Below are positions 35,312 to 48,893 of a DNA stretch of 64,000 nucleotides, piece by piece. The DNA is taken from NCBI GenBank assembly GCA_047495785.1, contig JBLDXI010000031.1, positions 62,001-126,000 on the forward strand. The letters run 5' to 3'. How positions within the stretch are numbered: position 1 is the first letter of the stretch; the number at the start of each line of letters is the position of its first letter. The notes beneath the pieces were generated by a model that was not told where the DNA came from, did not search any database, and saw nothing but the letters and a program-made list of their open reading frames with translations. The position numbers and the translations under genes were made by a program. This stretch comes from Lepidodermella squamata (taxonomy: Eukaryota; Animalia; Gastrotricha).

Positions 35312-36591
35312 ATGCTATTAGTTCAATCATTTTTTGCATCTGCAATTATTTCTCTGGTTTCGGCAGCTGGAGGTTAGCTTTCATCATTTCAGTTTGGGAA
35401 AAAGCGTTATAATTTATTGATTAATTAGTTCTTAATTGTTATACTGGAACCTTGTATGACCTTGGTACGAATACTGTAACGTTATCGCAAGATTCACAAT
35501 GCCAATATTGCATGGTAAGTCCACCAATTCTCATGCCAAAATCGAGATATCTCCGTCCTTGGCAACCGAAGCGTCCGTAGTTACCACGAAAGTCAGTTTC
35601 ACTTTTCCCACCCCATCCAAGCGTGAAAGTTACTAATATAGTTGTATCGCAAAAGACATGTAAATCTTCGTGCCTGAGACAACCAAATGGATCCTTTCCC
35701 TTCAGCATATCGCTGTGACAAGCTAATATATTATAAGCGTCCTTAGTCACCAGCAGTACGCGAAGCAGGATTCTGGATCTACGGAGTATTTTCGGGCTCC
35801 ATTTTTATGACAAATGGTCCCCCTGTGGTTTTTGAATTTTTCTGTGCGACCTTGGGGGTTCAATACCCTCCATTCCTTTCGGTACTTCGTGCAGGTTACC
35901 AGTTTCCTTCGTTACTACGGAATCTTTGCTGGTTACCAAGGACGCGCTCCCCCGTGTGTTGCCAAGAATCTCCCAAGTCCCACTTTAAATCACAAGGTCC
36001 CTTTTAATTTATTGGTCAATTCAATTGAAATGTAACTTTTTCCCGCGCAATCTGTAGCGTATCAAAGTGGAGATAACTGCTGGAAAAGCTCAAACTTTGG
36101 TTGCAGCTGGTTTGCCAGGAGTCGGTGTAACATTTTGGATCTGTCCTAAAACATCAGCATTCGGCACCGGCATTCCAGTTGTCGACGGAGTCCTCAACAC
36201 AGTTCAGAACTACTTGGACTACGTCAACAACGAATACACTTGCACAGACGCGACGATAGATCTGAAACCGAAAGCAGGCGGCCGCATAACAATGTGCAGT
36301 TGTTGCACGAACAATTGCAATAACAATGCAACGCTGTGTACAACATCGACGTCGACTTCTCTAACGTCGGTTTTGTCGATTGCAGGCTTGTCAGGCAGCA
36401 ACCAGTACCTGAGCCAGTTTAACGGGCAAAGCTCGACGATTCTTTCAGGATCGCAGTTGCAACAGGGCTTTGGATTCAATAACACTTTGTTGAGCGGATC
36501 TCAACGGACAATCAGATTATCTGCCATTTGGATGGCAGTGCAGTTCGTGCTTATTTTGATTTTCCAAGAATACAGAACTCTGGTGCCTTGA
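35312..36591 (+). CDS. Ly6/quiver-like GPI-anchored protein B; exons 35312-35372, 35429-35514, 36058-36591
   Basis: Signal MLLVQSFFASAIISLVSAAG, LNCYTG...CQYCMR, WICP, CSCCTNNCN, Ser/Thr-rich stalk and hydrophobic tail; clear paralog of A. Confidence 0.82.
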
Positions 36592-37237
36592 AATAAAAAG
36601 ACCGAATATTTCGGAGTTTTGCATTCAGGTTTTGAATTTTGACATGCAGAACTTGAAGTGAGAATTAAATGTACTTTGTGCTTAATTTCGTTGATACATC
36701 AAACCAAAAACACATTCATGTCCTTTCTTTTCTATGCAACCTATGTGGCCCACAGCTCAGTGAAATCCTTGGTGAAGTCCATTGTTTCCGTAGTAAAGAA
36801 AGCCTGGCGTAACAAAGCAGACGCCGAACACATATGGCGCAGCTAGTCTTTATATTTCGTTATTCCTCGCTGTTTTTAACCTCAGATAGCTCCACACCAG
36901 ATTAGTTTTTATCATACAAACCACTTTTACCGCGCTTTCTATCTGTTCGCGGTGCGACAATTTATCGCTTTTCGTGTTTTTCCGGTCCCTGCCCGGTGCT
37001 CGGTTGTTATCTTGGACGCCTAGGTACCTTGACATGGGGCCTTATCACACCAGCATTCAGTATAGAGCCACTCCTCCCGTAAGAGTAGACTTTGGCCTCA
37101 CTTGTTTATTTCAACACCATTGCTTATTTATGGGCGCTTATTGGATATGCGGTTGAATCGATTTCTTCCAATCGATCGCCGGCTACAAGTTAGAAGCATA
37201 CACATGTTATACCTTTTATTTTATAGAAGATTTAGAA

Positions 37238-40200
37238 ATGACCACTGCAAAAGAGTGGTTGCCCTACCACCACAAGCACAGCCATCTGGTGAAACCAGAC
37301 CGGCAAAAATGCTGGCACTGTCTTTTGATTACTGCTCTAGTCCTCGCCTCATTTTTCCTCGGGGCAATCACAACTTCATTTTGGATGACCAGCGATATCG
37401 AAATGAGCTCAATTCTCGATAAGCATCACCACCATGACGAAAAGCCGAAAGAAGACCCATCGCCCTATAACAAGGGATTGCATGACGAGCATTGCCCACC
37501 CCTTTCGACCACTAAAACAAACGTCCATATCATTCCTCATTCTCATGACGATGTTGGCTGGCTGAAAACTGTTGATCAGTACTTCTACGGCGCGAGAAAT
37601 GACATTCAAAACGCTGGAGTTCAATACACGATCGACTCAGCGATTACAGCCCTGTCGATGAACCCTAGCCGAAAATACGTTCAAGTTGAAATGGCGTTTC
37701 TGAAGAGATGGTGGCGTCGCCAGACTGATACCATGAAAGATCTATTCAGAAAGGTCTTGAGAAATGGCCAGCTCGAAATTGTCTGTGCTGGTTGGGCTAT
37801 GGCTGATGAGGCTACAACCGATTACGGGGCTTTGGTAGACTCCCATACCCTGGGTTTCGACTTCATTCGCACGGAAATCGACCCGTTTTACACGCCATTA
37901 ATTGCCTGGCAGATCGACCCTTTCGGCCATTCGAGGGAATTGGCGTCGCTATCAGCTGAGTTCGGCATGAATGGTCTGTTCTTCGCTCGTCTTGACTATC
38001 AAGACCGGCAACTTCGTGAACGGAATAAAACGACTGAGTTGGTTTGGAAGCTGCGCCCATCGACGCCAGATTTGAACCTCAACATCTTCACCAGCGCTTT
38101 CCCTGGTACAACTTACTGCCCACCTGGTGGTTTCAACTGGGATGTTTTCTCGAATGACGACCCAATTATGGATGATCCGAATCTGGAGGACTACAATGTA
38201 CCCGAGAGACTGGGCGTCTTCTCCTTCTGGCTTAAACAACAGCAAGATGTGTACCCCACTCCGAATATTATGGTTACAATGGGCTGCGATTTCAACTACA
38301 TCTCAGCTTCAACTTGGTTCTTGAACATGGATGCTTTGATTCGTAACTTGAATAATCAATCGAATGACTTCTACGCATTCTACTCATCTCCGTCTTGTTA
38401 CACTCGAGCTGTTAACCAACTGGCCCCGAAACCTTTAGCTAGGAAATCGGATGACTTTTTCCCGTATGCTGACGGGGCTGCCTCATTTTGGACGGGTTAC
38501 TTCACCTCTCGGCCAAGTTTGAAGGGGATTGTTAGGGAGTTGAACAATGCCTATGGCACCGTCCGTCAACTACTGACTTTCAGCCCTAAAACCCCGGACG
38601 ATCCGAGAATGGACTATGTCGAAGATACTGTTGGAATCCTAACTCATCACGATGCTGTTTCAGGCACTTCGAAGCAACACGTTACTGATGACGCTAGATT
38701 ACGGGCGTCCAAATCCATTGCAATTGCTCGAAATATCTCAGCAATGACCTATCAATCGATTCTGTGCAAGGAAAAATCAACCTGCGCAATGCCTCAACTA
38801 ACTTTCTGCCCACTTTTGAACGAAACCTACTGCCCAGCCAGTGAAATGATGTCGGATAAGGGTTTCTCAGTCATCGCTTACAATCGATTGGCTGAGAATC
38901 ATATGTATTGGCTCAGGATCCCGGTTGAAGTTCCGAAAGGAATGGGTATGAAGGTTATGGATTCGAATGGCGCCGTTTTGATTAGTGACTTGATCCCGAT
39001 CTTGGACACTGATATCGGATCAATTCCAACCAGAATTAACTCAACTGCTACTCACGAGTTGGTTTTCAAGGGCAACCTACCTGCTCTTGGAGCTAGCACC
39101 TTCTTCATCAAGCCCTCTTCTTCGCTTGGACATTTGCCAAAGGAACCGGTTGCAGGGTTAAAGCAATCAATTAATAACGGCATCCTTCAGTTGATTTTGG
39201 ATGAAAGGGGCAATATTGTTGGTCTACAGAACTCGAATGATAAAGTCTCAATCCAATTCAACCATGCCTTGGCTTACTACACAACCGTCCTACCCCCTGC
39301 TCCAACTTCAGGCGCTTATCGATTCACCCCAGATGCCAACGACCTCCATTGGTTCGATGAAACAGAAGGCGGGGAAACTTTTACAATTGTTGGCAATCAA
39401 GTTATCGAACTTCACAAGAAGCATTCGTCCTGGGCCAAGTCGATCTACCGCTTGTATTCTAATGAGCCAAGTCTCGACGTTCAATGGGTTGTCGGACAAA
39501 TCCCGACCAATCTTGGCGATGTTAGGGACGAAACAACTGTAGGACGAGAAGTTGTGTCGATCTTTTCATCTTCGATCAAAAATCAAGATCTATTCTTGAC
39601 CGACGCGAATGGTCGTGAAATGTTGGAGAGAAAGAAAGATTTCCGACCAACGTGGACCTTACAGCCGACTCAGAATGTCTCCCAAAATTACTACCCAATC
39701 GTTGCGAGAATCAGTACCCGTGACTCAATGGCTCAGTTGACAGCTATTACTGATCGAGCTCAAGGCGCTAGTGGGTTTAGAGAGGGTACTCTTGAACTCA
39801 TGGTCCATCGCCGTTTGACCTACGACGATAACTTCGGAGTTGGCGAGCCACTTCTCGAGACTGAAAACGGAGAGGGCCTAGTAGCCACTGGTCACATTCG
39901 CATCACTTTGAACTCCCCGGCTAATGCTGCTGTCAACTATCGGAAGATAAGTCAAGCAGTTATGAATGGCCCAACACTGGCCTTCACCCCTATCTCGAGC
40001 TTGGAAGAATGGTCAGAAGCTGGCCTTCATCCTATGGTGAGTTTTGAAATTGCGATGAGGTAATGCTTACTTTCATTTTTCCAGGTTTCAATGGGGAAAC
40101 CCGTTTCTCAAATTGCTGATCCACCGATTCTCCCGGCGAACATCCATCTTATGACCTTGGAGAGATACTTCCAGAACTGCACTGCCATGCTGCGGCTTGA

Positions 40201-40498
40201 ACATCTGTTCGAAATCAACGAGGACGCAAAATGGTCTCAAGATACTACAGTCAATCTATTGGCTTTTGTTCAAAGCTTATTAGGAGTTTCCGACCCTAAT
40301 ATGATCACAATCAACGAACTCGCCCTCGGAGCTAACATGCCAATCATTGATTTGGTCCGATTGAACTGGCCATCGCAGGCTGATCCGATGGGTATCAAGC
40401 GGGCTGTTGCAGAGAACCAACACGCCAATGGTAATTGGGATTCAATCACAATGCGGCCGATGCAAATTCGCACGTTTTGCGTCGGTGTGAAGCAGTGA
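37238..40498 (+). CDS. GH38 lysosomal-type (MAN2B1-like) alpha-mannosidase; exons 37238-40036 and 40085-40498
   Basis: HSHDDVGWLKTVDQY (zinc ligands), WQIDPFGHS (nucleophile), MGCDF, DDFFPYA, WTGYFTSRP, HHDAVSGT, ELMVHRR, PMQIRTF; one 48-nt GT-AG intron. Confidence 0.93.
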
Positions 40499-41467
40499 TC
40501 ACTGCTGTAGAACAACTCGTTGACTTTCTTTCAACTACGACTACATTGTATGGATAATGTATTGCTTACAACTTGTGATCCTTTCTTTGAGATTGACCGA
40601 TTTCATTTGTTCTTGATTACTGTTTAAGTTAATAAATAATCAACTTGAATGGCGTGGTGAGATATAAATGACCTTGAAAACGCCAATGATCCAGTGCAAA
40701 TTCCAATAACTTGGGTGTAAATGTTCACACCGGAAAAATACCAAGCCCAAGGTGCTTGAAAATGATGATTACTGATTATACCGGCCAACCTGATCAACGC
40801 AGCGTTTTTCATGAGGCTTGCTCATAACAGCGACGTTATGACATTATCCTCCATATTGCAAAGCACCTGCCCATAAAATACACAGTTTATTAAGAGAATG
40901 TACATCAACACTGTTTTGCTGCTTCAAACATCTTCTCATGCATAGCTTATAGCGTTTTGGCTAAGCGCCATACCGTGCTGGAAGTAGGTGAATTTTTCTT
41001 ATTTTTGCACTAATTATTAATTTCATAAAATGCGAAGTATTTTACTTTATTAAACTATGAGTTACTTATCAGATACTTCAAGTAATCACTTGAAATTTCC
41101 CATCGGTCGATTATTCAAGATTTTTTTCATAATTTTTACCCTGAAGCCAGGATATCATATTTGCAATGGAGGAGCGCAGGGAAATGTTCACGGACTGTCA
41201 TTTATTCTAACGATTTTGAGCGCGTCACATGACAAAAACATCCTACTACTAATCAATTAGCGTAACCCGAATTAGTAACCGTTTATCAATCACGTTCGAT
41301 TTTTTATGACCGTCTAATAATGATTTTGCACTCAAAAACCTCTCTCCAACTAAACAAAAGATCCTCGTGACTCTGCCCAGTTTATAACATTTACGAATAA
41401 ATGACACGTAGTAATAAAAGTTGTTAATTTTACTCAAGATAATCTTTCAGACATTAAATCTGCGAAT

Positions 41468-41975
41468 ATGGCATCAGAAATTTGCGATAAAATGGAGTCG
41501 ATTCACATTCAAGGTAAACGCATATATTTCAAATTGAGAATGCATACTTTATCTAACACTTTTTATAGAAGAAACGAGAGATTTTGACGATCTGGAAAGC
41601 CTATCGAGTTGGTCGAGTGCGTCTTACGCAAGTTCAACGGTTGACCTGCTGGAAATGATTGATTCGGACGACAGCGAATGCCCGGCTGATGATCATCACA
41701 GCTCTGTAAGAAATCCGACTCTTTCTTTCTGGGAAATCGCGCAAATTGTCGTGGAGAAATACCGGCTAGCTGAAAAATTCGGCTCGGATGAAGCTGGTCA
41801 ACAAGTTGCAGCTGAGGCCGTCAAACTGGCGATTAAAGCTCATCAAACGGAAGATCTAGAACTCGTCCTGGACCGGGTTGAGGATTACATATGCCACGCA
41901 TCAGATGCGGTTAAACGGAAACGTGCCTTGATGAGTATGACTCCGAGTTCAGAATCACTTGCTATGACTCAATGA
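41468..41975 (+). CDS. Small acidic orphan protein (~150 aa); exons 41468-41513 and 41569-41975
   Basis: 55-nt GT-AG intron joins MASEICDKMESIHIQ in frame to the 41655 ORF; AATAAA follows the stop; no recognisable domain. Confidence 0.6.
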
Positions 41976-42347
41976 AACATGAAGGCAATAAATAAATCAG
42001 ATATTATCAATAAATAGCTTGAAGTAATGTCTGAAATTTGACAGAATAAGATGGGTACTAATTTCCCACTGATAGTTTTTAAAATGTGTTTAAGCCTCCT
42101 TCAACACGGTAAAATTCGCTTAAAATATCATGAATTTATTTTGATTAATTAATTGGAGGGTCGTATACCTTTAGCTAATTTAAACAGGCTAAAACATATC
42201 TGCAGAAGAAGCAGGAAAATGCGATATTCAGTTAACTATATTTTTCACCGTATTTCGCAAGCGCGAAGCCAACGCAAAATCATGAATCAAAACTTGGTTC
42301 GAATAAATTAGATACAGTTCGATGATGAATGGATCCATATATCCCAA

Positions 42348-45300
42348 TTACAAGTTCGCGTAGCAACTTTCGACAGAAGTGTAGGTCGTGAACGGAAATT
42401 CTTTCTGCTCAACGGGACATGACAAAATTCATTACAAATTATAACGAAATATCTAAACTCGCCTCATTCGCACGGCAGCCTAATGTCGCTGTTTTGCGAC
42501 GACAGTCGATGAAATCATTCAAACCAGCATTAGCATCATTTTTCGCGCAGCGAACGTAAACCTGATAGAGCAACACCAGTTTTCATGCCTATGCCGTCAA
42601 AATGAAGGTTTTAATCATACCCATCCGTCAACATGATTGCAAGCGAGCAAGTTGCGGGCGAAAAACTTGTAGGAGTTGTACATGGGTTTCTAGAATCAAG
42701 AATATGCGTTGGAAACGTGTTTTATCATCGACCTCCCTTGGCTTACAACTGAGTTAAAATTGGCTGGACATCCCATACTGCCAGAAACACAAACGATTGT
42801 CTTGCCATCCGTGCATTTCTTTGCCGACTGCGAAAAGTGAATTAGTCAGGTAATTGGTAAGGAAATTAAATTTTCAACAACAATTATGTCCCAGTATTAG
42901 GACTTTGATATAAATGCAGATCTTTTAAAAAGCGTGGTGGTACTTACACCTTGGCTGCAAGAACTTTGATCTGGCCCTCCCTTCAGGGCAGTTTCGCCGG
43001 GCAGACAGGTTAAGCGGCATCCTCCCAATTCGTTCGTAGTCGGGTTGATGCAACGTTTGAATATAGCTGCAAAACGATTAAAAGGTTCATAGACTTGGTT
43101 GGGAAGGTGAATGACAAGTAAATTCATACAACGTTATTAAAGCCCACCATTAATTGGGACAAATTCGGAATCTAAACCATTCCGGGAAGACTTAACTCAA
43201 ATCTACCAACCGAGGTTGCCGATTTCATGTTGCTTACGTTTCAGCGGGCGTTGGACTGGGCAAGAATGAAGAATTTCGACTCACGTGACAAACAGTTTGA
43301 ACCACTCCATCCTGTTTTACAGGTGCAAGTATTGGGAGCCAAACATTCTTGATATTGATTACATCCAGGGCTGTCGCAAATCGCTTTGGCAGAAATAAAA
43401 AAATTGAGAATAATTTCAAATCAGGACAAATTTACCAATAGCGCAATTAGTTCCAGTCCAGCCAGATTTGCAAGCGCAGGTTTGAGGAGCTGTACATTGC
43501 TGATTGGAGTTGCAAACCGGAGAATCACAAAAGACAGCTTCAGAAAATACAAGGTGTTGTAATGAGATAATTTGCAGATAACTTCACGCCTACGAGCAAG
43601 AGGGATGCTACATGGTGATTTCACCGTTCGAGAGTCATTCGTGTTACAGTAAGGCCCCGTCGGCTCAGAAGTCGGGTTGCGGCAATAATTGCTGGAGTCA
43701 GCGAGTTTACCCCTCGGATACACAAAAGCATCGTACACTCCGCCAGCTGCCGGCCACGTTTTGCATGTAGCCCCCGAATCAGCGGTACTCTTTGTACCTT
43801 CATAGTCATAGCCGGATGGCGTGATTCTTACTTCCTTGTCATCAACTCCTGGACACTTGGCGTAGACGTACAGACGAAAGCCTTTCCCTGGGTTGGAACT
43901 TGTCGACTGGAAGTGCAGCACCCCTGTTGTTCCATTGGTCTCGTAAATGTGCCCGCTGCTGACACCGTAAGAGCAGATGCGATAGTAAGGCAGCGTTCCA
44001 TCAGAGGCATCGCGAAATTCTACGTAATCAGCGCAGAATTCACCGAGATCATGGTAGCGATCCATTTTATCTACATTTGTTCATTTGCGTGAAAAGATCT
44101 TGAAAATGGTTGTTGAAGTTCAACTTACACGAGCCGACTGTTAAATCTGGCTTGCCATCAAACGCGAAAACAAGACCCGGCTATTCAACAAATAATTCGA
44201 GAGTAATTCCAATGATGATCGTTAAAATTCAAACCGTGTCAGAAATAACTCGCCAAGAGCATGTAGTACCAGCAGCATAAGCATTAGGATAATTTGGGGA
44301 GTCAATGTAAGCCTTCTGACAAGCTGTTATCTTGATCACCCCTCCGCAGGTCTCCATGGGAAAAGGCGGCAAGTCGGCGCAAAGAGGGCCCCCAAAACCA
44401 GGTGGGCAGCGACATTGCGTGCAATTCTTTGGATCTTGATAGCCTCCGAACTGGCACCCAGGACTGGTGACGTTTGCGCAGGACGATTCTATTAACATAT
44501 TTAGGATCATATTTTTGTTTTAGAATAACTATTCGATGCATTTGAGACGTATTGATCATTGTCACTGCATGTTTTCTAATTCACACGTACCGATGCATCC
44601 ATATCTCAAGTTGATAACCTTGAAATCGTTGAACGAAAGTTTATGCGAATTCATAGCGCCAATAAATCGCAGGTCACGGGGTTCGATCGTGAAAGCCCTA
44701 GTAGTCTTCCTGAGAAAGCTCGGATGAACCATAAGAGCGGAGGCGAAGTCGAAAGGGACACCCATAGGATCGTACGTCGATTGAGGTACTTTTGGTACAA
44801 TGTTACCAGTGTAGTCGCTGTGGTGGAAAAAAGTATTGCAGACAAACAAACTTGATAAATTGAGTGGCTTACGTATTTTCTGGTCGCACAATCAAGTAGT
44901 CGTCACGGTTGTAACGATCATGCATGAAAATCTGAAAGACATTCAGACGTAACAGTTAGACCGAAACGTGTAATTGTGTCTAGTGACTCCTAACAATTTC
45001 GGAATCGAATACTCAAGTTGATGTTCATCAATCATAACAAATCACAATATGGGGATTTCACGGCATTGATATTCCAGTATCCCTGGTATCCCAATGTTCA
45101 GGCTGTAAGCTGTAAACTCAGTGAACCTCTGTAAAACCACTGATTTACAGTATAACTATAGGTACAGTGGAACCCCGATTCCCCATTTACTACGGTTCCA
45201 CGAAAATCCTGACGGGAAATCCGAATTGACGAGAAATCCCGGTAGTTTTGCACGTAATTGCCCTCTGCGGGTCCAAGTCGTTCCTAAATATTAACATATC

Positions 45301-47153
45301 GCGGGAAATCGGGGTTCCACTGTACTTATTATAGACGATTGAGAACGCGAAACGATTCTTTAAATCAAGACCCGCCAGATTCCATCGCAGCTTACCAGAT
45401 CAACGGCGTTGCCGAGAAGCAGCTCCGCATCCTAGGAAAAACAATGGCGGAAGACATTAGATCAAAACTTGCTACAGGCGCACTTACATCAACAATCCAG
45501 ATGGCCATAGCGTAGTAGTCAGCCGGAACGAACAGCTTAAAAAACCTGTAAAAAATGGTTTGATTAATTGGTCAACACACTTGCTAGCGGGGGTTTTGCA
45601 AATGGTCGATATACTAAGAATTCCGATTCATCACGGTTATATTCTGATATAATCAAGGTTTAGTTGGTTGAAATTTGGCGAAATCGGCTGATTCCTACTC
45701 TTCAAGCTTCCCCTTATGTTTGTAACCAATTTATTTCAATTACGTGGCGAAAAGTAAGTCCTTCATACTCACCCTGAAGAGACGTCCATCCAAGTCCACT
45801 CCCTCTGTTTATCCACCACACTGTGTTGTATAAAAGGAAGACAAGTTTTTTCCCCCATTAGTTTGACCGCATTTTCGAACGCGACTCTTATTTTGCTCGA
45901 GGCTGTAAAAAAAGAAATAAAGCAAACTCAGAAGACAATAGGCTGTGGATGTTCAAGTTCAACGAAGTCAGGCCAAGCTATAAGTCAGCCATTTTGCGTC
46001 GCGATGGAAAACCAACCGGTTCAAAGTGGTCAATGTCGATTTTGCTCATCGTCGACTCAACATTCCTATCGAAGGTCAACTTTGATGGGTTGTATAGTTA
46101 CAGGATATAATATCGGACAAAAAATTGATTAAATTCGAACATTCTGCTTCCTGAGTCCTAAAATTTGATCTCAGCTATCAAAATTGATTGCTTAATTAAT
46201 TTTAAAGATTTTTGACCGACGTTTTGTTGGCCGATGAAGTTAGAGAAACCTTTCAGAAAGGTCGTGAAAATCTCATGATTCAGATATTTCAATAAAATGA
46301 AGCAAATTTAACAATTTCCAACGGCAAGTACGGCTAAGGCCGAATCGCTTCTTTCAACCAAGAAAAGAATGCAGTCTCCAATTTAGACTATTTTGAGCAG
46401 GTTTGAATAATCAGGAGCGAGCCATTTCCACTTCATAAATAACTTACTAGGCCGATAGAACCAATTAAAATTCCAATTAATTGGCAGCGACCAAGCTAAG
46501 TTACTCGCTGCTTGTAGATTCACTTCAGCTCCGTCGTCCAGCTGCTGCTGCTGCGTTCCATCTCCCTCCATCAGCCATTCGCGGTGAGCACGCTTCACAT
46601 CAGCAGCAGATTTGTGAAACGGCAGAACAGGTGAGTATTCATCGATAGCAACCTAATTAATTGTTATAATTACCGCGGGAAATGAAAATCACTCAGATTT
46701 TATTACCGATGGTAATCCAAGACGGCTTCTGATATCGGAATCAAACTCGAAGGTTGCCTGTCTCGATGCCTCCTGAGCTGCTTTCACCTGGGCCTGTATC
46801 TGGGCGCGGAAGAATATAAATTATATTAATTTGCAGAACATCAATCGAATCGCAAATGAGAATTGTGAAAAAAAAATCGTACATAATTATTACCAAAGCG
46901 CCGTAGTTTCTGGTAATTTTGTTAATTATGAGGAATAAATTTCAATTTTGAAAAAATCATGAAAAAAAGCGCACATCCATGTTTTTCAAATTCACCATCT
47001 CTAAATAATTATTATAATTTATCGCCTCAGGTTTGCAAAGATATTCTTCTGAAGCGGATAGATTCAGTTTTCCCATAAACTTTTTCATTCATTATTATTT
47101 TAGACTTACATCAATATTATCTTCATTAAACTGATGCTGGCTAAAGGTTGCTC
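42348..47153 (-). CDS. Multi-exon astacin-like protein (astacin fold, EGF, CUB, kringle, Cys-rich tail), apparently catalytically inactive; first exon not identified
   Basis: AFENAVKLMGEKTCLPF, RYNRDDYLIV, PFDFASALM, LSFNDFKVINLRYGC (astacin); CQFGGYQDPKNCTQCRCPPGFGGPLC (EGF); CGG...IDSPNYPNAY...CSW...DYVEFRD...GF (CUB); YEGTKSTADSGATCKTW...NYCRNP...GPYC (kringle). Exon boundaries at 44930-45620 are uncertain. Confidence 0.8.
45165..45322. mobile_element. Tc1/mariner-pogo-type MITE (158 bp)
   Basis: TIR CAGTGGAACCCCGATT / AATCGGGGTTCCACTG flanked by TA on both sides. Confidence 0.88.
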
Positions 47154-47201
47154 CTGCAAAATTTATTAGAATTACGACGAAAATGAACTCCATACTATTA
47201 A

Positions 47202-47603
47202 CCCTTAGCCGCCGGCGCAATGACGTGTTAACTCGAGCACCTTTCAGAAAATCCCAGAAAATCAAGGAGAGGCGAAAATCAAATTCTGAGTCGGCAGAAA
47301 GTCTTACATTTAGCCTTAGATTGAAAGCCGAACCTCTTTTTCAGAAGAAATTTACCTGGGTTGCCGTTGCTATGACGTGTTAACGCGTTTTCATGACGTG
47401 TTAACAAGTCATTTAAACATTTTCTCACTATTTTCGACCTGGTCAGAATGGCTTTGAAAATTTTGATTTTCGGGGAGTGCTTGTTTCTTGCTATTGATTT
47501 ATCATAATTTATGACGCAACAATGGGTTCGATAGCCCACATCCTCCGACCACGGTGAATTTTCTCCGGAATTAACGCGTGTACACGTCTTCGGCGGCTAA
47601 GGG
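47202..47603. mobile_element. Non-autonomous piggyBac-type element (402 bp)
   Basis: TTAA target duplication; TIR CCCTTAGCCGCCG / CGGCGGCTAAGGG. Confidence 0.9.
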
Positions 47604-48893
47604 TTAAATTCAATTATAATATCTAAAATTGAACGGTAAAATCGGCAGAATACACAGTGAAATTTGGTTGTTAAGGCGAGACAATAACATTGGTTTGTTC
47701 CAATTTTTCAACGATCAGCCATCGCCGCATCTCGATGGATTCGGAATCCTCCTTAAACTTCGCGTCGATTGTCGAGGAAATTTGCTAGACATTTGCATCA
47801 CACGCAGCCCATTAAAAATTCCTTATTTGATTCTGAATAATTTTGTTAAATCAACATATTATACTGAGTTACATAAGCGATGATTCGGATTCATTAGGAA
47901 GATAACGCATAATTTCAGCGTAATTTTCCTATACACAATTTCTGAATTTTTTTAAAATAATTTTTAAAATTCCAGACAATATTAATGAGTAATTTTTCAT
48001 CAAATCTAACATATAGATATTTTAAATTGTGGTTTGGTCGACTTTGGGCCCGCTAAAAGTTAAGACCAAGCATGAACAATTATAATTGAGCAAAATTCTC
48101 TGGCCGACGATTCCAGGCTATATAGGCTACTTGAGTTGAAGCTGAACGGGTGTGATTTGAGAGAAACATAAAAGTAAGACTCAATTTTAGTGTATGGACA
48201 CCTGCGTTTCCTTCAAATACGTGATTCGGGATTTTCGAGGACGCTATGGCAGAAGAGCATTCAAACGCGTGCTCTCAGGAATTTTTTTCAACTCGAGAAT
48301 CAACGCAACACGTGAGTCGTGTTAACCAGTTTTCAACAGAGTGAAATTAACCCCATTAACAGTAGCAACAGTCGGCTCAATTTAGATTCGATAAAAGGGC
48401 GGACAAAGTCGCCAGAACAATTTGAACAATTCGGATTAAGTTCAACTTGCTTCTTATTTTTTTCTCTAATTAGTTGGCACTGATATGAACGTCAAGATAC
48501 ATCATATGAATTAGTAGGTAGACATTCTTCAAACAATCTTACTAACATCCGAGAAAATCGCATTAATCTGGCGTTTTATGAACGAAAATGACGCATCCCC
48601 TCGCATGAAGCGCATACGAGCGTAATAAATGTCCAATCAATTCAACGTTGGTTTGATTGTCACCGTAGGCTGGACCTGGGATGTCGTGTATAGTAGCAGA
48701 AAGACTATTCAATGCTTCAGAGTTTAACAGTTTTTTGAGACCTTCAGTTCCGATTGCAAATTTATTTTCATGGAAAATTCATCCGCCATTTTCGATAATA
48801 TGTACTCGAAATAGGGCAGGAAATTCTTCGTTTTCCGCGAATGTTATATTTACTTTTGATTCTTCAAAAGCCTGGTAAAGAATTTTTTGGATT

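Noticed and set aside
37238-40063. Horizontal transfer of the long single-exon mannosidase from bacteria
   Set aside because: Motifs are of the eukaryotic lysosomal type and the gene has a spliceosomal intron
45395-45432. Reading DAELLLGNAVDL as the decayed HExxH motif of the astacin
   Set aside because: Another frame (MRSCFSATPLI) fits the upstream exon phases better; the frame cannot be fixed without cDNA, so only the absence of HExxH is claimed
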